Shown here: positions 21,401-32,297 of the stretch, in pieces
Numbering within the stretch: the stretch's first letter is position 1
How the letters are laid out: every line of letters begins with the position of its first letter
DNA from: an uncultured Clostridia bacterium
Lineage (GTDB): Bacteria > Bacillota > Clostridia > TANB77 > CAG-508
Assembly (NCBI GenBank): GCA_944392425.1
Contig: CALXWM010000001.1
Location: 89,589-143,651 of the forward strand
DNA length: 54,063 nt
Direction: 5' to 3'
Made by a program: the position numbers and the translations under genes
The notes under the pieces: generated by a model
Database searches by the model: none
What the model was told of the DNA's origin: nothing
What the model saw: only the letters and a program-made list of their open reading frames with translations

Positions 21401-23304
21401 AGGTTAATGCAGACAATATAAATGGAACTAGCGTATCTGTATTTAATATGAAATCTACAGATGGAACTGTTAATTTAGAACTTTATTCTGATGAATCATC
21501 AAATAGGGTTGATTCTAATGAAGAATTTAATAACAGATTAGTGATTAAAAACTATTCTGATTATGAAAAAAGAAATTTAGCAGTTACTATTAAAATTCCA
21601 GAAGAATTAGAATATGTATCAGGAGATGATAATGGAAAGTATAACAAGGATTCTAATACACTGACTTATTCTATTGATTCTGTAGAAAAATGGGGAATAG
21701 AGAGTATTAGTTTTAAATTAAGAGTAAAAGAAGTAGAAGGATACAGTAGAAAAATTACAATGCAAGCATCAGCAACGTTTGATAATGTAATAATTAAGGA
21801 TGATCAATCTGAAGATATACAAAAAGATGATTCTAGTTCTAATAGCATATACTTTGAATTAGGAAATATTAACTATAATGTTAGTTACACATCAAATATT
21901 AGTGATAATGAAATTTTAGATACAGATGAGTTAGAATATTACATAGAAATGAAAAATGAATCAAATAAAGATATAATTGTAAATATTTCGGATATTTTAC
22001 CAGAAGCTTTATACTGTAAAGAATATGAAATTGTTAATGGAAATAATAAATATTCTAAAGAACAAGTTACTAATTCAGTTTCAATGGAAGAAACTATAAA
22101 AGCTGGGGAATCTTTAAAATTAACTATAAAAGCAAAAGCATATACCCTTCCAAAAGGTGAAAGTACAAATATAGAAAATAAACCTATAGTTACTATTAAT
22201 GGAACAAGTATAGAATTAACTCCAATAAGTCATAAAATAAATGGAACAGGTATTTATAATTCTGGTGATGAAGATAATGGAGATAATACAGTTTCAGGAA
22301 CATATAGAATAAGTGGTGTTGCATGGAAAGACGAGAATAAAGATGGTAAAAAGGAAGAGACAGAGCAAAGATTATCAGGAATAAATGTTATTCTTTATAG
22401 TAAAGATGGAAATTTAGTGTTTGATGCAAATGGCACACAGATAAAAGCTACAACAGATGAAGAAGGAAAATATGTTCTTGCTAATGTACCTACTGGAGAA
22501 TATATTGTTATAGCAGAATATGATACCTCAGAATACTTATTAACTGATTATAGAAAAGATGGATTATCAAACAGTGAAAATTCAGATTTCGTAGAAGCAA
22601 CACTTGATGGAAAACCAGTAGCTGCAACAAATATATTTACAATATCTAATGCAAATTTCTATAATACAGATATAGGATTAAAAGAAAGAGAAGAATTTGA
22701 TTTAAAATTAGAAAAAACAGTATCTAAAGTAACTGTAACAAATACAAAATTAGATACAAAAGAGTATGAATATAACTCTAAATTTGCAATGGTAAGTTTA
22801 CTTAATACATATGTTGAATATTCGACTGTTTTAATCGAATATAAAATTGATATTACTAATGAAGGAAAAATAGCAAGTTATGCAAAAGAAATTGTGGATT
22901 ATTTACCAGAAGGAATGGCTTTTAGCTCAGATTTAAATAATAATTGGTATTTAGGATCTGACGGAAACGCTTACAATGCATCTTTGGCTAATAGCATAAT
23001 AAACCCAGGAGAAACAAAATCAATTACTCTTGTTTTAACAAGAAAAATGACTGGAGAGAATACAGGAACAGTTGTAAATACAGCTGAAATTTCTAAAGCA
23101 TATAATGAATATGGAATAGAAGATGGAGATTCTATGCCAGGAAATAAGAAAGATGACGAAGACGATATATCAACAGCTACAACATTACTTGCAATGAGTA
23201 CAGGTAAAGAGATAGCTTCATTTATAGGAATTACATTGGGAATTATTTCTATAGTAGTATTATCTGTTTATTTAATAAAAAAATTTATAATAAAAAAAAT
23301 ATAG
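18475..23304 (+). CDS. Large secreted surface protein with DUF11/SdrD-B(CnaB)-like Ig domains and C-terminal anchor
   Basis: Signal peptide; ISGVAWKDENKDG...LSGINVIL...TTDEEGKY SdrD-B-like motif; LAMSTG followed by a TM and basic tail. Confidence 0.8.
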   Translation: MQKILSKAIAIMLIAILVGFNCITTGVYAANIIEQNNETSEENITFDVKLGNESSHEGYEYTADIDSTDTNLYLNIGVKNTGYLKNIAINLENSNFKIDYSKVNNDQIKNITDYTVELNQIATNRTVELVIPIIPTMNDSIAIDELGKDSTIKFLATYINEDNKEKSIEKDMTVHLNWTTAEENLVGELSQDVIRYLNYNGKTMLSFLLSDGLKDSKLPVSSKQIQVKVPTVNSLNPEEVIVTAIDTLATNGKADGVNFTTDNYTYDSQTGMLTINVSNPANEQGMVAWNKGSQDRFVITYIYGTNTNEEAIDVHTEVTTNTTLLNGQVITVNMETKDYSLDSKIGDIATVEVVPQEATINKGYMYSNKDKQDGQIETEFSEKYRINIGLAEALNEVTVKENGDFLGEVNASNYIYDKKVGVTKDELTKVLGEDGYINVLTSDGTTIGTLNKDTLELDINNSNITFVTSKPQTEGEINLNITKAIKGNLDYTKSQISSFKTLSTKVQINNESVGEISLEEPTSKVNMEISNNNLSTVVTNENVVMNITLERDDITDNLFANPELNITFPEEVTNIVAKDATLLYEDELVSENLNVNGRTINLKLDGVQTKYSSQSTSKGTVIRLVLDLTLNNLSPSKQTNISLSYTNDNDNYVNIAKEANTNTVELPVNVVAPTGFVTTQSIWGYNGDEKVTAQEEEVIGKLPVLSSEKTATISGTIVNNLGKDAEGLKILGRIPFKGNKQVDGSSDLDSTFDTTLAGEVTVENLDATIYYSANGEATTDLEDQSNGWNTEYTQDAKSYMIVSNGNVTNAATFNFSYNVKIPANIDYANVTKAVYGVYYNNNAEEGNKQNVVLAGAVGIKTEDIPVLETTIRVVDRNNGEEIQEGGMAKAGTYIKCIVKVQNTGKETAKNVKGKIDIPSGCTVIENENNFDIPKSESKQETLEFGDIEPGKESTCEIEMLVQVGLIEETDLSLKAEVNADNINGTSVSVFNMKSTDGTVNLELYSDESSNRVDSNEEFNNRLVIKNYSDYEKRNLAVTIKIPEELEYVSGDDNGKYNKDSNTLTYSIDSVEKWGIESISFKLRVKEVEGYSRKITMQASATFDNVIIKDDQSEDIQKDDSSSNSIYFELGNINYNVSYTSNISDNEILDTDELEYYIEMKNESNKDIIVNISDILPEALYCKEYEIVNGNNKYSKEQVTNSVSMEETIKAGESLKLTIKAKAYTLPKGESTNIENKPIVTINGTSIELTPISHKINGTGIYNSGDEDNGDNTVSGTYRISGVAWKDENKDGKKEETEQRLSGINVILYSKDGNLVFDANGTQIKATTDEEGKYVLANVPTGEYIVIAEYDTSEYLLTDYRKDGLSNSENSDFVEATLDGKPVAATNIFTISNANFYNTDIGLKEREEFDLKLEKTVSKVTVTNTKLDTKEYEYNSKFAMVSLLNTYVEYSTVLIEYKIDITNEGKIASYAKEIVDYLPEGMAFSSDLNNNWYLGSDGNAYNASLANSIINPGETKSITLVLTRKMTGENTGTVVNTAEISKAYNEYGIEDGDSMPGNKKDDEDDISTATTLLAMSTGKEIASFIGITLGIISIVVLSVYLIKKFIIKKI

Positions 23305-23317
23305 AAAGGAGGAGACC

Positions 23318-26300
23318 ATGATAAATATTAAAAGAGGTAACATAATTAAGATAATTTCAATGTTATTGTTTGTAGGCATTATTGCAATATCTTTTATACT
23401 GACAAGTTTTTATAGTTTTACTAAAACTGATGTTGAAGATATATCTTTAAATGCTGGTGGATCTGTAATTCTAGGAAATATAGATGGATGTAATACTTAT
23501 GAACTATACACTATGCCATCTTCAGATGGAAGAGTATATTATTGTGGGAATCCACTAGAGTCTTCAGCAAGAAGAGTAACAAATTCTAAACAAACAGATA
23601 AATATCCAGTTATTATGGACGGAGGATATGCGGCATCTAGACAAGAAACAACATATAACTTAATTAAATCTGGAAAAATTGCTCAAAGTATTGCATATGC
23701 AAAATGGCAGGGTGCAAGTAATTCTGAGTTACAAAATATAATTTGGGCTTCATGGCAATGGAGTAGTTATGCACCTAATTGTTTAACCGGTAATGATGGA
23801 TTGGCATTAAGTGTTAATTCTGCTGGAGTACAAGGAAGATCTCAAAGATTTGCCAATTTTATTTACAGAGCATTAGAAAATGAAAATACATTTAATTATA
23901 CATATGAACCAACAGAAGAAGACTCGAAAGATATAAAAGTAATGATAGACCAAAAAGCAACTACTTATACAGTAGGACCATATAAACTAGATTTTTCAAC
24001 AAGTACTCAAACTACTCTTGATGGACAAATGGCCTTAGGAGATTTAGTTTATGACGAAATAGTAAATAATTATAGTGGAAAATTTATTTGGGGACAAGTT
24101 ACAGCAGATATAACAGATGAAAATGGTGGAATAAATACTGATGTGGCAAATGTTGAAGTATTAGATGCTTCTGGAAATGTTATATCTACTAAATTTCCTA
24201 AATTTGGACAAGAATTTTATATAAGATATACATCATCAGATAAAATAAAAGAAATATGTCCAAATATATACATAAGTTTTGTACCGAAAATACAAGGGAC
24301 ATCAGAAACATATGAATCTTCTCAAGTTGAATATATTATACATGATGACTATTCTGGACAAGTATTAAAACCGGTTATGAGATCATATAACTATTTATAT
24401 ATGGATAATATAGATGGATTTGTTGATTTAAATAAATTTAATTTTGGAGAATACCAAAATTATGAGAATACTTTAAACGATATGAAAAATTTTGTTGAAA
24501 ATGGTTTAACCAATGTTGCAATTGCAGCTGGATATCCAATTTCGGATTTGACATTGGATATTGGTACAAAGGGAAATGGGTACCATTTGGGAATCTATAC
24601 TATAAATGGAGGACAATTTTATGAAGGAAGCGCAATGATAGTAACAGGAAAAGATAATGCTGGTTCAATTACAGAATATCACATTAGAGAAATTGATGGT
24701 AGAGAATGGTGGACAGAAAGTATACCAGATGGATTTAGTGGAACAATTTTAGAAACTAGAACACGTAATAAATATAAAGATTTTGCTATGTTTCAAGTAG
24801 GATTTGGGGGTGGTTTCAGTCACAGAGAAGAAAGTGATGAATATTTTGATGGTGAAAGTCCAAGTGAATCGGCATATGATAAATTAATAAAATGGCTAGA
24901 AGAAAATATAAGAAGAGCGATAGTTTTTGATAAAGATTATCCAAAAATAACAGAACAGAATAAATATTTACAATCTGCAGTAGCTGTTACAATTACACCG
25001 CCTACTGTACCAGGAAATCCCGTTCCTCCTGTAACACCAAGTAAAAACGTTATAGAAATAAAATTCCCTGGCAGAATTATTAATATGTATTTAGGTGGTT
25101 ATGTTTGGGAAGACTTAGGTTTTACGAAGGAAAGTGTAATTAATGGTAGATTTGATAGCGATGAGAGTAAATATGCAGGAATCCAAGTTAAATTACATGA
25201 TAACAACACTGGACAAGTAGTTGCAACAACAACTACAGACTCAAATGGTGCATATGGCTTTAAAGATTTACATCCAATGCATAAATATTATGTTGAATTT
25301 ACATATAATGGGCAAATATATCAGCACACATATTATAAGGATGATTTATCTGGAGGATATTCAACAGCCCAAGAGAAAGATTCTGATAGAGAATCTTTGA
25401 ATCAAAGATTTGAAACTATTGATTCTACACCTAATAATTATGAAACAAATAAAGCATATGGATTATACATAAGAATACAGGCTAGTGATGGAACATATAT
25501 ACCATATAATCCTAGTGTTTATGCAGATGGACAAAATGCAGGTGCACTTAGATTTTGTGACGTATTCGAAATATTTAGACAATTAAATGTAAATTCAAAA
25601 AATATAAATAATAGTAACCATGAGACTATGAATAGCACATATAATACATTAAATTATGAAAGGTCTTATTCGGATACAGAACAAAGTTTTAAGAATAAGA
25701 TTCAAGAAATTGCTAGAAATAGTGGAAAAACGATTTCAGATAGTGAATTAAATAGTATATGGACTTTTATAAATCATTGTTTAATAAGTGCTTATACTAC
25801 AAATTATCCAAAAGAAGATAGATTTGTGCTTGATGATGTAGATAATCCTCAAGATGGTAATGTAATAGGTTATCCATATTTATATAATTCTAAATCTGAT
25901 CAAAGTAGAAATGTTGATTTTGGTATAAACCAAAGAGATACAGCTGATTTAGCACTTCAAAAAGACGTATATAAAGCAACTGTTAGGGTAAACGGTAAAA
26001 CTCAAACATACATGTACAACAATAAAGATTCTTATATTGATGAAAACGGAAATTGGGATATACCAATAAGAGTTGCCGACCAAGCATATAGTGGACTATA
26101 TAATGGTGTAACAAGATATACTAGAGAAATACGTAAATCAGAGTACTTATATGATGGAACTATATACAGTTCAGGAGGAACAGATGCAAGAGACTTAAAG
26201 GTATATGTTACATATAGAATTGTAGTTAGAAATCAATCACAAACTTTTGATACAACTGTAAATGAAATAGTTGACTATTTTGATACATCAGAATATATGT

Positions 26301-29296
26301 TTGACGGAACATTAAACGGAGATACTTATACTCCAAACGAATATTCAGACTTTAAGCATTCTACAGTAACTTCATATATTGGAGACAAAAATGGAAATTA
26401 TCTAGCTCCACTTACTGTAAAAACTTCCTCAAGTTTAGGTAATGGTGTAGGAAATAAAGATATAGGACATGGATATACAACTGAAGGCGATACACAGTCA
26501 CCAATTTACTTAACAGGAATGAATGAGAGATTAGCAGCTGGTGGTGGAATGACATATATTTATTTAACATTTGAAGTTAAAAAATCAACAGATGAAAATG
26601 GAATGGATAACAGAATACAAATGGATGTTAATGTTGCAACTGGAGAAGCTGATGGTGTAGGTAAACAAAATATAGCGGAGATAAATAGTTATTCTACTTA
26701 TTATCGTTCTGGAGAAACTATACCAGGTTCATTAGATTCAGGAAATAAAGATAAAGATGTTGGAGGAAAAGTTGCTGGTTCAATAGATAGAGATTCAAAT
26801 GCTGGAAGTTTGACAAGCCAAGACTTGGATGACGAAGGAGACTTAATCATTACGGATAATCCAGTGACAAATAGAACAGAAGACGATACAGATAAAGCTC
26901 CAAATATTAGATTAGTATTTCCAGCAAATGACGACTATGAAAGAGTTGCAAGAGGATATGTATATGAAGATGAAAGAAACCAAGAATCAAATCAAGCTGT
27001 AGTTGGAAATGGTAGATATGATGAAGGTGAAACAAAAATAAATGGTGTAACAGTTCAATTAGTTGAATTAGTACAAAATGTTGATGCTAATGGTATACCA
27101 ATTAAAGATGCCAACGGAAATTATGAATATTTAGGTGAATACATTTGGAACGCAAGAACTTGGAAACCAGGAGAAAATGGAAATCAAGGACAATGGGTAA
27201 ATGTAAATAGTAGTGAAAACTCAGGAAGCCTAAGATACTATAGTGGTCAAGGAGACTCAGAAGAAAACCATACAGTATCACCAATTATTTCAGGTGTAGG
27301 AGCAACACAAATTTCTGGTTATACGTTCGGAGAAAATTCAACTGGTGAATATGTTTTCAAAGCTATGCCAGCAGGTGACTTTATAGTAAGATTTATTTAT
27401 GGTGACACTACTCAAACAGTACTTACAACAGCAGATGGAGAAGGTGCAGAAGTAGTAGAGTTATTAAAAAATGACACTACTGCAAATGTAGACTCACATG
27501 ATGGATATATTTCAACATCAGGATTAAATGCTAAATCTTACAATGGTCAAGATTATAAGAGTACAACATATCAATCAGTAAGAGATGGAGAAAATATAAC
27601 ATCAGTACCACAAAACTCTTCATACAATGGAATATATGGCTATGGATATGAGTATAATAGTGAAACTGGCGAGATAGTACTTGATAGTAATAATTACAAT
27701 ACTCAAAATTACAATTATACAGAAAGCAAACAACCAAGCAGAGGAGTAGCCGGAGAGGTAATTAGTAATTATATTAATGAAGAAGACGGTAGAGATAAGT
27801 CAGTAAATTACTATTACAATATAGGCGAAAGCCAAGTTCAAACAGGTATATCTGATGCAAAAGACGTTGGAAATGTAAGAGATGCTACTGATAACTATGG
27901 TAGAGGTATTGCGGGTATTGATGGGGAAGAAGACCAAACTATAGTAAATGGTAGGTCAGAAGTATTAACAGCAGGTCTTAAAGTTGCAAGTACAGATGAC
28001 TTAGTAGATGGAGCAGGAACTTCAGTAAATAAACAAATAGCAATGTTAAAAGGACTAATGGAAAATACTGAAATGGTAGCTCAAACTGGTGTAATTAATA
28101 CTGAAGTAGAGTGGAATACAAACATAACTAATGGTCAAAGCGTAAGCAACTCAAAAGACTATGTATTAGAAGACATAGACTTAGGTTTAGAAGAAAGACC
28201 AATAGCACAATTAAAAATGAATAAAGAAGTATCAAATGTAAGAATTACATTACAAAATGGTACAGTATTATTCGATACAAATAGACCAGTAACAAATATG
28301 CCATTTGCTGATCATGAAGGACATATAATAACATATGATCCAACAAATCCAAATGGAAGAGCATATAGATTAATATCAGTTGCAATAGCAAATAATAGCA
28401 CAAAGACACCAGAATTAATCACAACATACATGGACGAAGAGTTAATGTATGGTGCAAGAATTGAGGTAGACTACACATTTACTGTAACAAATGTTGGTGA
28501 AGTAGATTACTTAGATAAGCAATTCTACTACACAGGAACAACAAATGATACTAGTGCAAGCAATATATCTACAACAACTGCAAATACAGTGGTAGATTAT
28601 ATTACAAACAATATGCAGTTCTTACCAACAAACTCAAGCAATACAACATGGTCTATTAGAACAGTAAATGAGCTAACAACAAATCCAAATGCTGAAAATA
28701 ACAATTATCAAGATATTACAAACTTTGAAGCAAATAATAGTGAAGAAGGACCAACACTAGTTGGAAACCAAACAGAGTTAATTAATAATAAGTACTACAA
28801 TACATTAAACACATATAATACTATAGTAACAAACAAAACAATGGGAGATACAGCATTGTATCCAGAAAAGGCAAATGTAGACGCTGACGAAGAAGTTACT
28901 AACCCACAAAGCTCTATTCAAACAACAATGATGTTATCTACAACATTAACACCTGATTCTGGAGAAGACACTATGGTATACAACAACTTATCTGAAATAG
29001 TACAAGTATCTAACTCACAAGGTAGAAGATTAAAATGGTCAGTAACTGGTAACCAACCAATGGCAAACCAAGACTTAGGCTCAGATACACCAGTAGATGA
29101 ACAAGACGAAATTTATACTAAGGTAGACTTAGTAACACCTAAGGAAATAGATGCTGACAGTTCACAAGAAATATTAATACTTCCACCAACTGGTAGCAAT
29201 AGAAATTACACATTGTGGATTATAGTTGGAATAGTAGCTTTAGCAATTATTGCTGGAGGAGTAATACTAATAAGAAGATATTTTAAGAAGAAATAA
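23318..29296 (+). CDS. Large sortase-anchored adhesin (probable N-terminal thioester domain, SdrD-B-like domains, LPPTG)
   Basis: N-terminal signal/TM; GGYVWED...TTTDSNGAYGF SdrD-B-like motif; LPPTG followed by a TM and RRYFKKK. Confidence 0.8.
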   Translation: MINIKRGNIIKIISMLLFVGIIAISFILTSFYSFTKTDVEDISLNAGGSVILGNIDGCNTYELYTMPSSDGRVYYCGNPLESSARRVTNSKQTDKYPVIMDGGYAASRQETTYNLIKSGKIAQSIAYAKWQGASNSELQNIIWASWQWSSYAPNCLTGNDGLALSVNSAGVQGRSQRFANFIYRALENENTFNYTYEPTEEDSKDIKVMIDQKATTYTVGPYKLDFSTSTQTTLDGQMALGDLVYDEIVNNYSGKFIWGQVTADITDENGGINTDVANVEVLDASGNVISTKFPKFGQEFYIRYTSSDKIKEICPNIYISFVPKIQGTSETYESSQVEYIIHDDYSGQVLKPVMRSYNYLYMDNIDGFVDLNKFNFGEYQNYENTLNDMKNFVENGLTNVAIAAGYPISDLTLDIGTKGNGYHLGIYTINGGQFYEGSAMIVTGKDNAGSITEYHIREIDGREWWTESIPDGFSGTILETRTRNKYKDFAMFQVGFGGGFSHREESDEYFDGESPSESAYDKLIKWLEENIRRAIVFDKDYPKITEQNKYLQSAVAVTITPPTVPGNPVPPVTPSKNVIEIKFPGRIINMYLGGYVWEDLGFTKESVINGRFDSDESKYAGIQVKLHDNNTGQVVATTTTDSNGAYGFKDLHPMHKYYVEFTYNGQIYQHTYYKDDLSGGYSTAQEKDSDRESLNQRFETIDSTPNNYETNKAYGLYIRIQASDGTYIPYNPSVYADGQNAGALRFCDVFEIFRQLNVNSKNINNSNHETMNSTYNTLNYERSYSDTEQSFKNKIQEIARNSGKTISDSELNSIWTFINHCLISAYTTNYPKEDRFVLDDVDNPQDGNVIGYPYLYNSKSDQSRNVDFGINQRDTADLALQKDVYKATVRVNGKTQTYMYNNKDSYIDENGNWDIPIRVADQAYSGLYNGVTRYTREIRKSEYLYDGTIYSSGGTDARDLKVYVTYRIVVRNQSQTFDTTVNEIVDYFDTSEYMFDGTLNGDTYTPNEYSDFKHSTVTSYIGDKNGNYLAPLTVKTSSSLGNGVGNKDIGHGYTTEGDTQSPIYLTGMNERLAAGGGMTYIYLTFEVKKSTDENGMDNRIQMDVNVATGEADGVGKQNIAEINSYSTYYRSGETIPGSLDSGNKDKDVGGKVAGSIDRDSNAGSLTSQDLDDEGDLIITDNPVTNRTEDDTDKAPNIRLVFPANDDYERVARGYVYEDERNQESNQAVVGNGRYDEGETKINGVTVQLVELVQNVDANGIPIKDANGNYEYLGEYIWNARTWKPGENGNQGQWVNVNSSENSGSLRYYSGQGDSEENHTVSPIISGVGATQISGYTFGENSTGEYVFKAMPAGDFIVRFIYGDTTQTVLTTADGEGAEVVELLKNDTTANVDSHDGYISTSGLNAKSYNGQDYKSTTYQSVRDGENITSVPQNSSYNGIYGYGYEYNSETGEIVLDSNNYNTQNYNYTESKQPSRGVAGEVISNYINEEDGRDKSVNYYYNIGESQVQTGISDAKDVGNVRDATDNYGRGIAGIDGEEDQTIVNGRSEVLTAGLKVASTDDLVDGAGTSVNKQIAMLKGLMENTEMVAQTGVINTEVEWNTNITNGQSVSNSKDYVLEDIDLGLEERPIAQLKMNKEVSNVRITLQNGTVLFDTNRPVTNMPFADHEGHIITYDPTNPNGRAYRLISVAIANNSTKTPELITTYMDEELMYGARIEVDYTFTVTNVGEVDYLDKQFYYTGTTNDTSASNISTTTANTVVDYITNNMQFLPTNSSNTTWSIRTVNELTTNPNAENNNYQDITNFEANNSEEGPTLVGNQTELINNKYYNTLNTYNTIVTNKTMGDTALYPEKANVDADEEVTNPQSSIQTTMMLSTTLTPDSGEDTMVYNNLSEIVQVSNSQGRRLKWSVTGNQPMANQDLGSDTPVDEQDEIYTKVDLVTPKEIDADSSQEILILPPTGSNRNYTLWIIVGIVALAIIAGGVILIRRYFKKK

Positions 29297-29318
29297 AATT
29301 TAATATATCTTAAAATGC

Positions 29319-29352
29319 AAAACTAGGACACTATATGATGTCCTAGTTTTTT
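29319..29352 (+). terminator. Intrinsic terminator
   Basis: AAAACTAGGACA/TGTCCTAGTTTT followed by a T-run. Confidence 0.8.
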
Positions 29353-29646
29353 GCGTATTTACAGTTTACAACTAATTTATTTTTTTCAAAAGTTGAAATA
29401 TATGTTTTGAAGCTGTAAATTTGACAAAAAATTCGTACATCTATTGTAATTTTAAGCATTTTAAGATAAAATAAGTAAAAAATATATCACAATTTGTAAA
29501 ATACTTTTTTAGTTTACAATACTTATTTTGACAAAAAAATTCATGGACAAGTATTAAAATATGCTTAATAAAAATTATGCAAGTTTGAAGTTTGAGCTTT
29601 AAATTAGCAATTTAAGTGTAAATTAAAAAAGTAAGAGGTGTGAAGG

Positions 29647-32094
29647 ATGTTACAAAATATTTCAAAAGAATTAGATTACGATGAAAATGAAAAACAAGTT
29701 AAAGTAAACAGTGACTTCAAAGAACTAGCCAAAAAAATATTTACAAAGCAAAATATTGCAGTATATTTATTAACATTTTTAATATCAATGGTTGGACTTG
29801 GTGAAGACAACTTAATAGCACCATTTGGTATTGCTTTTACAGCAGCATGCATAAGTAATGGAATGCCACTGGCAATTGTATTTATATCAAGCATTATAGG
29901 TACTACAGTCAAATTTGGTTTTAATGGCTTACTTATGTACATAGTTGCTTCATTAATAGTTTTGCTATTTTCAGTAATAGCTAAACCTAAAAGGGTTTAT
30001 GATGATTCTAACGAAAATGTTAGATTAGGTGCAAGGCTTACATTTGCGGTATTTGCAGTTCAATTAATATACATATTATTTACAGGATTTTATATGTATG
30101 ACTTTTTAACTGCTATAATGGTTGCTATTACAAGTTATATATTTTATAAAATATTTGTAAACTCGATTTCAGTTGTTAAAGAATATGGAATAAAAAGGGT
30201 ATTTACTGTTGAAGAGGTTATAGGTGCTAGCTTACTTTTAGCAATAGCCATATCTGCAGTAGGAAATTATAGCATTTTAGGATTTGGTGTCAGAAATATA
30301 TTTTGCATTTTTATGGTTTTGTATTTAGGATATAGAAATGGAATGCTAGTAGGGGCTACAGCAGGAATTACAATAGGTGTTGTTATAAGCATTCTAGGAG
30401 GAGAAGAACAAATACTCATTGCAGCTTATGCAATATCTGGTCTAGTGGCAGGACTTTTAAATAAATTTGGAAAAATAGGTGTAATAATTGGATTCATTAT
30501 AGGAAATATTGCTGTGGCATATGCTGCAAATGGTGGAGTGCACAATATAATTATGTTCCAAGAAATTTTAATTGCATCAGTTGGTTTGCTTTTTGTTCCA
30601 AAGATTACAAAAATAAATATAGAAGATGTTTTGCCAAATACTAAACTTTTGCCAGAAGCAGGTGGAAGTCTGGAAGAAAGTAGCGAAACTTTGGACAAAC
30701 TAAATAGTATTTCCAAAACAATTTCAGATATGGCAAATAATTACGAAGAAAACGATATTTATGATAGAAATTTAGAAATGTTTGAGGACGAGCTATTAAA
30801 TAGCTTAGATGGTTTAGAGGGCAATAATTTATACGATGATATATATAATAACGAAGACAATATAATAGAAGATATTTTCGAGTATTTGCAAGAAAATGGT
30901 GTGATGACTGACAATGGTCTTATAAGCGTATTTGCTAAGCATAACATATATTTAATGAATTCAGAAAATGACCACTTAAAAGCCGAAGAATTAGATGAAA
31001 TGCGTGAGATAATAAAGGCTATAAATACTGCATATAGAATTAGTAAAAACAATTTTATATGGCAAAAAAAGCTTGATGAAAATAATAAAAATGTATCAGA
31101 ACAATTAAAAAATGTTTCTAAAGCTATAAATAATATAGCAAATGGAATTAAAGAAAATGCTGATGAATATGAAAATGAAAAGAAAGAAGTAGAAGATCTT
31201 TTAAAAGAAAAAGGAGTAGCTTTAAAAGAATTATCTATTAAAAAAGAAAACTCAGGAAGAATTACAATAAATGCATATACAAATATTTGTGATAACTTAG
31301 AAGGAAAGAATTGCCCTATAAAGCCTATAGATAAAGTCTTAAGTAAAGTGTTTGACGAAAAATTTATGCTACAAGATCAAAAATGTGGAATAAGACTTAA
31401 CAAAAACATATGCTCATATTTATTTACATCAGATGATAGATATATTATTCAAACAGGTATAGCTAAAACTAAGAAAGATGATTCAATCGTTTCAGGAGAC
31501 AATATATCTCAAATAAGATTAGGCGATGGAAAATACATGCTTGCAATAAGTGATGGAATGGGATCAGGGGCTGATGCTAGAAGGAACAGCAAAATTGCAA
31601 TAAGCATGTTAGAAAGACTATTTAGTACAGGTTTTGACAAAGAAACTTCAATAAATTTAATAAACTCAGCCATTATGAACGCAAATAAAGAAGATATGTA
31701 TGCAACTCTTGATATTGAAATTTTAGATTTATATGCAGGAAAAATGCAAATATTAAAAAATGGTGCTTGTCCTACATATATTAAAAAGAAGAAGAATGTG
31801 AATATTATAAAATCCACATCATTACCTACAGGAATAATTAGCGATATTAGTGTTGATACCTATGATACAGATTTAACTGATGGCGATATAGTAGTAATAT
31901 GCAGTGATGGAATAATAGAATCTAATAAAGAGTATGCAAATAAAGAATTATGGGTAAAATATTTATTAGAAGAAATACAAACTGATTCTCCAGAGAGGAT
32001 TGCAGATATTATATTACATGAAGCTATAGACAATGATTTTGGAAAAGCTAAAGATGATATGACAGTAATTGCTTTTAAAGTAAATAAAAAATAA
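29647..32094 (+). CDS. spoIIE: Stage II sporulation protein E (membrane PP2C phosphatase)
   Basis: Multi-TM N-terminus; VSGD, ISDGMGSG, YATLD, CSDGI and DDMTV PP2C motifs. Confidence 0.92.
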   Translation: MLQNISKELDYDENEKQVKVNSDFKELAKKIFTKQNIAVYLLTFLISMVGLGEDNLIAPFGIAFTAACISNGMPLAIVFISSIIGTTVKFGFNGLLMYIVASLIVLLFSVIAKPKRVYDDSNENVRLGARLTFAVFAVQLIYILFTGFYMYDFLTAIMVAITSYIFYKIFVNSISVVKEYGIKRVFTVEEVIGASLLLAIAISAVGNYSILGFGVRNIFCIFMVLYLGYRNGMLVGATAGITIGVVISILGGEEQILIAAYAISGLVAGLLNKFGKIGVIIGFIIGNIAVAYAANGGVHNIIMFQEILIASVGLLFVPKITKINIEDVLPNTKLLPEAGGSLEESSETLDKLNSISKTISDMANNYEENDIYDRNLEMFEDELLNSLDGLEGNNLYDDIYNNEDNIIEDIFEYLQENGVMTDNGLISVFAKHNIYLMNSENDHLKAEELDEMREIIKAINTAYRISKNNFIWQKKLDENNKNVSEQLKNVSKAINNIANGIKENADEYENEKKEVEDLLKEKGVALKELSIKKENSGRITINAYTNICDNLEGKNCPIKPIDKVLSKVFDEKFMLQDQKCGIRLNKNICSYLFTSDDRYIIQTGIAKTKKDDSIVSGDNISQIRLGDGKYMLAISDGMGSGADARRNSKIAISMLERLFSTGFDKETSINLINSAIMNANKEDMYATLDIEILDLYAGKMQILKNGACPTYIKKKKNVNIIKSTSLPTGIISDISVDTYDTDLTDGDIVVICSDGIIESNKEYANKELWVKYLLEEIQTDSPERIADIILHEAIDNDFGKAKDDMTVIAFKVNKK

Positions 32095-32297
32095 TTAGAA
32101 ATAGGTGCTTTTATAAGCATCTATTTCTTTGCTAAAAACAAGATACAAAAACAAAAAATATTTACGGAAATAATAAAAAAACAGAAAAATGTCAAAATTT
32201 TTAAAAAATTTGTAATATAAATTTAATATTATAAATAGAAATGTTACTTCCGCAGAATTAAAGGCTACAGAACATAAAAGGAAAACTGATTGGTAGC

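Noticed and set aside
29410-29560. Spo0A boxes upstream of spoIIE (TTTGACA x2)
   Set aside because: Plausible, but they are one mismatch from the 0A consensus and indistinguishable from -35 boxes in AT-rich DNA; too weak to call.
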